Positions 13,701 to 25,300 of a DNA stretch of 64,000 nucleotides are shown here, one piece after another. Positions within the stretch are counted from its first letter, which is position 1. The number at the start of each line of letters is the position of its first letter. The DNA comes from Auanema rhodensis. Lineage: Eukaryota; Animalia; Nematoda. Under the pieces are notes generated by a model that did no database searches, was not told the DNA's origin, and was given only the letters and a program-made list of their open reading frames with translations. The stretch is taken from contig OZ059896.1 of assembly GCA_964057225.1 (NCBI GenBank), positions 14,136,001 to 14,200,000 on the forward strand. The letters run 5' to 3'. The translations under genes and the position numbers were made by a program.

Positions 13701-16700
13701 AGAAAACCATTTATATGTATTTAATTGCCAAAATTTCATTTTTCTTGTCTAACATTCTTTTTCTCACCAATCCCGAAACTCATTTTTCAATCTCCTAGTT
13801 AGTTTATCGGACCGATATCCATGTCATTAATTAAAAGTTTCTTAATTATCTTAGTATTTCATTTCATTTTCATCTGTTTTTTCTTTTCTTTTTTATTCTC
13901 GTCCCCCATTTTGAATATCCCCGGAACAAGCCTCCATAATCTACCTCAAACCTTCGGATTACAGTTCACTTCATCCTGTAGCTTTTTCTGCTGCTTGTTG
14001 GCAATTATGAATGGCTTTTTTTATGTTTTTATGGAACAGTTGAGCAAGCAAAGATACTTGTAGCACATACATACCTTTGTCCTATAGTTCAGCTGCTCTA
14101 AGTAAACTATATAGTAGTTGAACTCTTAGTATTTCATTTCTCTTCTCAGTTTCATTTTGTCTAAAAAAAAATGAAGAAAACTCTGTCTTCTACAGATATA
14201 GGATTTGTGAAATATCATCGATTAATACTGTAAGAATTTAAGAAAATCTATCATAATCATATCATTACAGCAAATCTTTTTTCTCTTCTATCAAATCTGA
14301 TATCTAAATGTTTCTGAATATTTGGAAGAAGGGGATTAGTAATAGGATGTGATTGACTCATTTCATATTATAAATCCGGATATTTATTTTCATTCAATTA
14401 ATTGTCTCATATATATATTATATATATAGTTAATCATATAATCAATATATTTTATATATATATTTTAATATTTACAAAGGCAAATGTTCAAATACGGTCA
14501 TCATTTGCATCATTATCATCAATGTCCAATTGTTGCTCATCAAGCCATATTTGACCCTGGCGGTACTTATTTGAATTTCTCAAATTACACTCAAATCATC
14601 TACTAACATGTCAGCACAGTCTCATCATGATCATCTGTTCCAACATTCATTTTCTATGTATCGGCTATTCTTTATATCTCTTTTTCATCTTTCATACTAC
14701 CACATTTCATTCGTTTCTCTTCTTCTTCTTCTTCTTCTTCTTCATTTTTTTTTGTTTCTTCAATGTGTCGAATGATCCGTTTTGGCTCATTAACTGTCTA
14801 CATGCCTTCATTCATGTATATGTATTCATAGTTATCATGTTATCCTTTTTCTTCTATAGAACACAATTTTCAACATGAATGTATCAAATCTACTTGTGAT
14901 TGTTGTACTTAGATCTGAGTCATGTCTTCTATTCTCATCTGATCAACATTACTATATGTATTCATCTTCTATTTACCAATATACGTCATTATGCTCAAGT
15001 TTGTTGGAGATTAGTACCACACATATTGCTCTGTCTCTCTTTGATATCAATCTTTTTGTTTTTCCTATTAATTATTAGGTTTTTGCTCAAATTAAATGGT
15101 TACTTGACTCTTGTTTGACAAGAGTCAACAGCCTGTGTTCGCCGATTCTAAGAGCAGAAACTGAATTACTTAAGCGTTAGACAGATGATAAACCCAAGGT
15201 AATTTAGCTTCCGTTCAAGATTTATCTCATTCTATCATCGATCTGTAAACTGCTGTCTACTTATTCTTCTTCTGAATTCATCTTCTTCATCTTTTCCGTA
15301 GCAATCTCCGCTTTAACTTCCCTTATTTGACTAGTAGGGCTGGCAAAGGTCGCCTTCTTTTAATGGTTCTACCAGATGAACGAGCAGCTTTACCATCTTC
15401 GGTCTAACATCTGTTTGCTTGCTTTAACTTGCTTTGCCTTTGCCAGTTTTCTCAATTTCTAACAATCACTTTGTTCGTTCTGTTTTTTTTTTCAAACTTT
15501 TAGCTCTTTGCAAGGCGCTGTCTTTTTATTTCCTGCAACATATTCAAAATGTCTTTTCATCCTTCCACTCAAATGACCACAATGGTTGCTAACGTATCGT
15601 TACAGACAGTTAGATAATAGATAAAACCGACCGTTTCACTTTGTCGGCTGGAATATAACCTTTACCGACTCTTTTTTTACTACTTCACGGTATTCAGCTG
15701 AACAAAGCCATGGTAACTTCGCATTGCCATACAAATCTGCGATCAGCAGCTGCTTTGAGTGATCATGAACCTTCCCATCTATTTTAACTCAACTCCCAGT
15801 AGCATCATGTTATTTGACATTTTTCGACAACACGAGTCTGAAGATTTATTTCTGTTGACGTTGCTCACAGCCTGACCACATATATGCTACCTTCCAGCTT
15901 GACCTTATTGTTTTAGTTATGCCCAAATAACCCAAGTCATCTGTTTGTCAATCATCCGTGTCGTTTTTACCTATTTATCGTCTTATCTATCTTTGTTTAA
16001 CTTTATCTATTTCACGTTAGTCTTTTTTATTTTGCTTGCTGGTGGCGCTAACAAAGCTCGCTTCCGAATTCATCCCCTTCTTAGAAATATCTCTCCGCCC
16101 AAGTTTTGGCTGATTTTTGATAATAAATTATTTAAAAAAAGAATAGAAATTATGGAAAACAAGTAAACGTTCACTATGATTGAAACATGCAACCATATCT
16201 TTCTCGCTTTTTCTTTTTTTTCTCTCTCTCTTTCTTCTAAACAGGTTAAAATTATGTCACATTGCTGGTATGGAGCATTTAAAAGAAGGAGACGGGAAAC
16301 TAGTAAATAGATATAGAAATAGGCTTTCGATGGCCCCCAGTGTAGATGCTTCTAATGTAGCCGCCTCAGCACATATCGCTCTCTCTCTCTTCTTCTGGTC
16401 CTCTTAGACTTCGTTCTCTCCATTTCTGCCAGTGTCATTCATTCTCTCATTGAAGACCCGAACCCAGTACCACTTCCAACACTCCCTTGGATGCTCTGGA
16501 GACTCAAAGAAAGTCGCGAAGATGAAACGCTGAATAACGAGATAATCTCTACTGTGTTGGAAAACTGGCAAGTTTGTTAGGATTTTCATCCCCACGTTAA
16601 CAAACTTCGCTCATGGAATTCGGATCTCTCGTTTTTTCTTTATTGCAGCATCATTCCACCGCATGTGTTAGTCAAAAATAGTTGATTAGCATATGAGAAC

Positions 16701-19700
16701 TCATTTTCGAATACCTTAATTATCTCATATTCAATATATATTCTTAAAATCTATTTGGAACACAAAAACATCTAATTGAGACAGCTATATACAACCGGTG
16801 TGCACAGATGGCTGATAGAAAATGAGTAAGCGTCTCAGTAGTATGAATCTCACGTGTAAGCTTTCACGTAGTATAATTATGCTAGAAAAGTCAATTGTAA
16901 ACGGAATGAGTGATGAAAATATAATATAGAAGAGCCAGCAACACACAGGCATTGGTCGTCGGGGAGCCTTCTTGGTCTATGAGACCAGGTGTGTTAGTGT
17001 AGTGGCTCTCGACCTACTCTCATTAGCATAAGCTACATTCGTTACGATCTCTAACCGGCTAGCGTCTACCATCAACTCCAGTTATAGGAGAATAAATTCC
17101 GATTAATGTTTTCTATAATAACTATATTATTTATTTATTTATTCACATATCACATATTATTTTTCAATTAATATTATGTTTATTACATATAGTATTATAT
17201 AAAATCTGAACAACTGCTGATATTTGCATCCGTATGCCCTTGTTTGTTCCGCCCTCTAGTCTATCGCCTACATCATCTTTGAAGCTCTTACTTCATTTCA
17301 GCTTTGCTTACAGCTTTAGACTTCTTTCATAAACTTTTTTTTGCTTCGGATAATGTGTACATATCCTGCCGATTTTCTTCAAATGTTTTGAATAAGATAT
17401 TTCTCTCTAGTTTTGCATCATATATCTCAATTGAAAGGAGCTCGTTCAATAGTTTTCCAGTGAAATTTCTCGGGTTGTAAGACCACCCCCTTGAAACTGT
17501 CCAATATTATCTCTCGTCCTTTAATTTATTGCTCTTCATAGACTTTTGGGATTGAAGTTTCGAAAAGGGTAAAAAGAATATAAGACAGACAGAGAGACAG
17601 AATGAGAGAAAAAGAAATCAAAGAGATGGAATGAAGTCTATGTCTGATATTCTGAGAACGATTCATGCTTTCAATGTCTCATCTGTCTTCTGCTCCAACC
17701 CCATTCTCAACTCGTTGTCGTGTGCTGAGATGGTGAGATAACGATATTCTATTAGATACAGAACACTGCCCCCATTCCCCTATATCTGGACTTGATACAT
17801 TAGAGCAGCCGCTTCTACATCCTTCCTATCCATTCACTTTTATTCCTTCTTTTATCTCTTTTTTTTTCATTTTTTTTAAATATTCAATATAGTTTACCTA
17901 AAACTTCCGAGTTATCTTCTTGATTGAAAGGCAGCATTAACAATTTAACTATATTTCCATTAAAAAATATAATATTTACAAGTTTTCGTTCTATTCCATA
18001 AAATTAAATAATTTCTCAAATCTCTCTTCATCGTTTTTTGCATTAACCTCTTGGATAGTTAACTGAATAATACATTAGCCGATAATTGATGTTTTATGTG
18101 TGAATTCCTTTGTTGTTGCGATTGAGACTAAGCTGCCGCTTACCTGTAATTTTTCAACCAGAAGGAGGGCTCAATGAGCATTCTCTGGTACAGAACTGGC
18201 AAGAGGTCAGATGTATGTATCAGATGAGAGAATGAGAGATGTATATATACGATTGAATAAGCAAGAGAGAGCGAAAGATAGAATGAGCAGAAGTCTTCAT
18301 GTAGCGCAGTGTCAAAGCCATAGAATGGGTGACATATGTGGATGATGATGATGGGTAGAAGAAGGGAGGGAGTCCGTACCGTTTTGAAGCTATCTCATCT
18401 CCCTAATTGCATTATTCCCCATAATTATCAATTTCGAAGTATGGACTAATTTACTCGTCATGAATAAAGCTTACCTTATATGAGCTTCATTAGATGATTG
18501 GCTTTGGGAGAAGAATCATTATTGAGAAACAGTAATGCTGCTCATACTTAAATATTAGCTTCATGACTCATGCCAGTACATGAGATCAGGAATTTTTCTT
18601 TTATTTATATTATATTATAAGACTTTTTGTTTTCATAAAAAAAATATTTAATGTATAACTTTTGTTTTCAAAAATTTATCAAAATGTTTTTTTTTGTAAT
18701 ATCAAATAACTAAACTCTTGCTTGGGCATTGCTCCAGTTTAGCCTAAAAGCTCATGAGAGTATGGAGCATTGAAGTTAAGCAAAACTGACGCAATCATGA
18801 ACCAAAATTTTTCGCAATAAGCGGAAGTTTTCAGATTCGGAATGATGGCCATGTGCGTTGTTGCTCATCTATTCATTCTTCTTGCTCAACTCTATCCAAC
18901 TTGAGCATCCTATACAAACACGCCAATACGTCAAGACTTTCTAAATTTGATTATTTCAAGCCTTTGTATCTTTTCTCATCTAACACCCAATCTTTCTCCG
19001 AACCGTTAAAGGAAAGACAGAAGCACAACAAGCTGTTAAACTAAGTTTCCCGTGTTAGGAATGACAGAAAGAAAGATAGAGCGCAATTAGACAGCCAAGA
19101 CAATTACCTCATAGTTCGTATAATTATATGAATAACAGACACGATTATAATGAAATATATTTCTTGGACAGCACTCTATTGGACTACCCACACCCTAGCC
19201 TTTCATATTTCTTTCTAACCTCACTATTTTCAGTTTCATCACATTACTCAGGCTTTGTTTTTGTAACGGCAGTTTGAAATGTGCTCGAGCAGCAGAGCAC
19301 ACTTACCTTTACCGCCATTTTTTGTCCTACGATTATACACATTTACCTTAAATTCCTTATACGATAATGTTCGAATTTGGCATTTAAGCGGTTAATTGAA
19401 CTATATGATATTTTCAAATTTCAAAATCTGTTTACAGTGTTTTTTTTCTTATTTTTCACATTTGCCCTTTGCAGTTATTGATTAATGAACTTAAATTCAT
19501 CATTTTTATATTATTAGCTTTTCAATTTTATCTTATTTTTGGATATTTCTACTCAAATAATCATTCTGCCATTATGGACAAAACGTTGTCAGCTGTCAGC
19601 ATGACTCAAGAGTTGGAAGTATAGCTACACTATGTCAGCCCTTTTCCCCAATTATGGCAACTCTTGGTCATTTGCTCCCATTCTCTCTTCCTTTTAAGCT

Positions 19701-20069
19701 GTATATGTAATTTTTCTATGATTATTTTCTTTCTTTTTGCTATACATGTAACTCTTTTTCTTTTTTTCTGTTACCACTTTAAACCCAGCCCATTTTGGAT
19801 ACTTTCGTTGTTGCTATAGGGGATTCTTTCTTATTGCGTGCGCCAGACTTGCTGTTGGAAAATTGATGAGAGGCGCAAAAGAGCAGCTAATGTTTGATTT
19901 GGTTGCTCTTCCAAACCGAATATTGGTCTGTTATGTAGGGACTGATGTCGTTTATTATTTATTTTCTAAAAAAATATATTAAAGTAATAAAAAATTGAAA
20001 ATCAAGTACTTGATAAATACGTAGATTGGTTCGTATATCACTTTCCCACGCCTCACTCTTTCTCATTGT

Positions 20070-20175
20070 AGTTGTTCACGTGAATTCCACGTGAGCTGTT
20101 TTCATTTTTCGGTGCGGCAGCGTCCGGTGTGGTTGTATAAAACCGCGTGTAGGAGCAAGTATGGAGGTAATCGCT
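20070..20175 (+). promoter_or_regulatory. Candidate TATA-containing core promoter for sax-7 with paired upstream E-boxes
   Basis: GTATAAAA at 20135-20142 in a GC-rich patch; CACGTG at 20077-20082 and 20088-20093; short A-rich skew inversion just upstream (about 19965-20020); 2.2 kb upstream of the sax-7 acceptor and ATG. Confidence 0.4.
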
Positions 20176-22337
20176 TTCCCAGCATTTGTATGACTTTCTT
20201 TCTCATATGTATTGTTTTTGTTAAAAAATCACCTTGGTGAGCAACAGTAGCCTAATTACCTAGTCTATTTTATTTTTTCCTACGTTTACGGAAGACACTA
20301 ATTTCTTATTCACTTAACGTCTCAATGGTATGAACTCTATTGTTCTATCCTCAGTTTATGGATGCCTCATGGCCTTGCCTGGCTTCTTGCCATCTGTCGT
20401 CTCTGTCTGCTCTTTCCCAGATAAGATCGTTGGATCGTTTCGACAATCTACTTCAATTTCCTTTATTCATCATTAGATTAAGCTAAGCCAGTACTTTATG
20501 CGGTAATACTAGAACATCATGTAGATGACTTTGTACTGTCTTATGTTCTCATTTAGTCTTGGTTTCCGCACTAGATTCTTCATTTTTATTTTATTTCAAA
20601 CGCGTTTAAACGCATTTCTTATGATTTATTTTTTCGCTTTATGTATGTGTGAAACATTGTTTATTTGTTTAAAAACCTGTCAACGTCAACTATCTTTTTT
20701 GTACATCAGTAGATTGTGGATATAGCTCAGACAATTATGCAGATTGCAGAAATTTATACACTTGTCAGGTGCGATTTCATGCCTGGCTTGATGCCATTGT
20801 AGAACCAAATTTTATTCGGCAATTTTTACGTCATTTCTGTCATTTATGACGTACAATTACTAGCATCTCTAGCCTAAGTCAGTTTTATGACTTTATTGAC
20901 ATTTATATACTTTCTATGACTTGCTTAATTTCTTTTAGCTGCATTGAACGACACGCTTTGCTGCTCTACTTTAGAAATATTGCTTCTCTATCTTTATCAA
21001 ATTCTTCCATCTTGTTTAATTGATACTCCCATAGGAATAATTGACCCCATCCTTATTTAATATTGAACATTGTTATAGAGCTTTCATAGCTTCAATGGGA
21101 ACGCCTAACTTCGTATACAGCATTGGTTTTTTTTATTAATTAAAACCAGTAATGTCTTTCCTCCCAATTTTCTTATTAATTTTGGCCCGTAAAGTTATGG
21201 CTGAGTTCCTCATAATATGAGTCAGATATTGTAAGCTTTTCATTCTAGTAAATTCTTCATTATCAATGCATTAGGAAAAGGATTTTTTAGTTTCCTTTCA
21301 CTGAAAAGAGTAGTTGTCTGAATATAAATGCTTTTTCGAACTTTATCATTTGTCTTAGTAAATGTTGACTGTGGTTTTTTCTCGTATTGTACATTATTTT
21401 TTATATTTAATTTTGTGATGGGTACTCTGGGTTAGTTTAGGTGTTCTAATTGCTGCTTTTTCTCTTATTATTACCCCCCGCTGAGATTAAAAGCGTTGCT
21501 CAACTGGCATTTTATATATTTTTTTAATGTAATTAGAGCGCTTGAATCACATTTTTTTCCAAACTAATACGTTTGAGCATATGAATATATAAAATATTAT
21601 GTTTTGTTGACTCTTGTAATTTAGAGAGAGTGAGTAATATTCTATGCTTTACCTTTCCAGAAAGAAGTTTTTTTGACTGAATATAACGTGGCATCAATTA
21701 GATGGTTGTGAACTGCTTATGCCCGTATTCTTTGTTATTATTAGTGCTGTTCTTTGTTTATTTTTTTCACAATAGTTTTTTTTATTTACTTTGGCAACCC
21801 TTGCTGAATTTTTAAATGGTAACCTTCCTTCTTCAACTCATCAAGCTTCATTCTAGAGTTCAAACGTAATACTGCATCAGTTTGAGCTATTTTAATAATG
21901 AATGAATTTCATTTTCATCGTGTGTGAATTTTATTTCTATAAAAGTTATTCGTTATTCCTTCCAAACTTTATTTCTTAATATTTCAATTTTTTTTTCATG
22001 GATACTTCTAACCAAAAACGAAAAAGAATGAAGTTTTTCCTCCTTTATATATTATGTTTATGTTTCAATTAGTATTGTGTTGGTCCACAAGCACTTCTCT
22101 GTTTTGTGTAAATAATTGGTAGTTTACACTATTTTTTCATGTCGGTCATTAACCATTTTACACATTATGATAAGAAAGTTTGGTGGTCATTGAAATTCAC
22201 GAATTCTCTACAATTTTCTTTTTTTCTATTATTTTTTTTGTTCTAATTAATTCTGACATTTTACTTGTTACATTGATTTGAACTAAGCTACCGTCTTATA
22301 ATTTTTCTATTTTGTTCTCGTCATTATTTTATATTAA

Positions 22338-22345
22338 TTTTTCAG
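22338..22345 (+). promoter_or_regulatory. 3' splice / SL trans-splice acceptor upstream of the sax-7 ATG
   Basis: TTTTTCAG ending at 22345, 11 nt before the ATG at 22357, preceded by a long U-rich tract. Confidence 0.7.
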
Positions 22346-22356
22346 TTTGTCGCGAT

Positions 22357-25300
22357 ATGGCGAGTGGCAAAGATGCCACATCGGCATTGCTAATATTATT
22401 ATTAAGCAACTTAGGTTAGTTCTGCAACTCATTGATCGTTGTAGAAGAGTATTATAATGGTTTTTCTCATTTTAGTTGCTTGTGCCGTTGATTGGGATAG
22501 TTTGCTCACTCCACCAGTTTTTGTCCATGCTCCGAACGCACGAAAAATATATTTTAAGGTTGCAAATTGGAAAACATTAAGTTTTATGCAATATGATTTT
22601 TCAGATTGAGTCTCAGACAGTAAATGAGAATATTCAGACCCCAGCTAATTTGCTCACTCAAACTATAAATTGTAAGGCTATTGGTAATCCACCACCTTCG
22701 TGAGTTAGGCTATTATAAAGGTTTTCTATTATATGTATTTTAGATACTCCTGGACTAAAAATGGAGATCCTTTCCCTTTACACATGTATGAAGGAAAAAT
22801 TGTCCAGCGGCCTGGAGAAGGTGAAAAATTTAACACTTTCGTCTTTTTGATAAGGTTTTTCTAGGTACACTTGTTTTCACCAAGCTGGACGAGTCAGATG
22901 CCGGTGATTACAGGTGTGAAGCGAAGAATGACAATGGAACTGCAGTATCTGAAGTTACTCGTCTTGAGCAAACTTGTGAGTTAAATTACCAAAGTGTTTG
23001 ATGATTTTTGTATTTACGTCTGTATTTACTATCTATTTTCTGAATTTTAAATGAAAGAAAATCAAAGAACCTAGTGATATGTGTTTGCAACACTATACTC
23101 TTATAAGCAATTGTTTTTAAAGTTGTGAATATATTGAATTTATTAAGGGATGCGTTCTTTTCCACAACAAGATGTGGAAGTTATAAATGTCGAATTAGGA
23201 GAACCTTATCATAGAGATTGCGTCCCAGCAGGAAGTAATCCTCCAGCTAGGTAATTTAGTCACTTATTATTTCTAAACATAAAAGTATTACAGAGTTTTT
23301 TGGATTTTAAAAGGTGAAAAACAGGGAGTTTTCGATACTATCAACGGTAGTCACATCTCTAGTAATGATGGTGTAAGTTGAACTTCAAATATCTCAAATA
23401 TTCTTTATTTTATTCGGAATGAGCTTTTTCTTCTTACTTTACTTATCCTTAATATTACAACTTCACGCAATTAACGTTCAATGTGTGTATACAACCTTTC
23501 GATTTGCGCGCACCTGCGAAAAGTAAACATTGCTATGAAAAGCCAGTCGAAGAGTATATTACATTAAAAAATGCCAACAGAAATATTTGTCATCGCTTTT
23601 TTCATCCTTCGAGAACAAGCCATGATGCTAAACAGAATACATATATGGTTAGCAAGACTGTTGTCGCCTTTTTTGAGAAGTTAACGATTATTACCATGAA
23701 TTATTTGGGGGACATCACTATTTCATATTTCCAGTTTCGAGTGATTTAGTCTCTTTTGTGACCTCCCATCATCAAAACAACCCCTTCTTTTATAACAAAT
23801 TTGCTGAGTTCGGATCGTAGATATCGAAGAAAAGGAGTTCCTCTTATTCTTCATTGACTTCTGTAAGGTAACTGAATAGAGGTTATTAGCGTAGGCTATG
23901 AATCAATGAATTCCGCCTTTCAAAGGTCAGTAGGTGTCCGGCCTTGTTGCAAATGTGGCAAACATACTTCTATTGCAATTATTCATACCTGCATGAAGAG
24001 ATAATCTAAGACTTCCGTGCTACAAAAGCGTTCATTTACAGCATATATTATGTTCAGTTTAATAATAGTATTCTCGAATCTGAAACTAGTATTCTGATTG
24101 TTTAACGAAAACAATAGGATAATTGAATAATCGCATATATCTTGGCTTGTGTAGATTTGCTTGGCATATTAAGAATCATGTAGATGCAGTTTTTCCGACA
24201 ATCGCACTTCATCTCTGTAAGAACTTTATCGACAAGTATGCTGCGTATGATGAATTGTCTGCGGCAGCATTTCTTATTTTTTTCACAATAGATAGTCATT
24301 TTTTGAAACGGATTAACCTCTTGGCCTTTGTAATAGCTCAGTTTGAGGCTAATTAGTGAACAATGGGATCTCATTCATTCCATATTGGGTATCCTCATTT
24401 TCAAATGTGAAAATTTTGTTTTTGAGATTTTGGCTTAAGCGGATAAAGAATAATAAGTTTACCGCTGAGAGTGACCAGAACATTCTGATCGGAAACTACA
24501 ATAAGAAGTTGCTTTAATTTCGTACTCCAAATATTCCATGCGCATTTTCTTTCTATTTTAATCGTTTCGTCCGTCCATCTATCCAGCTTATAACACATGA
24601 GCCACTATCCGCCAGAAGCAAAGGGAGAGCCAAATGTTGGTGGGGGAGCGCCTCAGGCTGGTAGTGGCTAAGAGAGAACGGACAGCGAATGGACAAGCGA
24701 AGAGGGAGAGCGAAAGACTGGAGAGGGCGGGGCGCGCTCTGAGCTCTGCCGTGTCTCGCTGCCTAGCCCCCAGCCGTCCACCGCCGCCGCCGCCGCGTGT
24801 TGTTCGTCGACATCGTCGTTGGTTGTGTGTTTGGGGCAGAGAATCAATGCCTACTGCGCTTGCATTTTCTTCAATCGGCTATTCCGATTTCAACTGACCC
24901 CACTCCTTTGACTGTGAAAACGCGCGGGGTCTGCCGAATCCCTTTAGGCATCAGATTGCCAGTTCGAAAAGTTCAATTTTTCTGCTCTTTCGATTCAGAC
25001 TCTATCAACAAATACTCTACTTCTATTTTTTATTTTGTCTATACTAGTATTCTGTTTTTAAATCTGGAGGCAACAGTTATTAGATCTTGCTTTACCTCTA
25101 TTCTTCCTAATATCATTATTTTGCTCATTCCGAAATGACTAAACACAATAGGGTCTATTCTGTGTTCAGCAGATTGCTGCTCGCTCTTCTTTTATTGGTA
25201 CGTTATAAGGGTTCCGTATTATTTAGGGAACCTTGTTCTTCCATTACGTTAAAGAAGATGATTTAAAGGAAGAAGGACTTCTTTATACTTGTACAGCGGA

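Noticed and set aside
5541-20725. Many plus-strand ORFs rich in F/L/S/I that look like membrane proteins
   Set aside because: Artefacts of T-rich skew and (CT)n runs; no domain motifs or chainable exons.
23483-24598. Several 65-90 aa ORFs on both strands in sax-7 intron 7
   Set aside because: Composition is exon-like, but I found no recognisable motif or consistent frame; a decayed insertion cannot be excluded.
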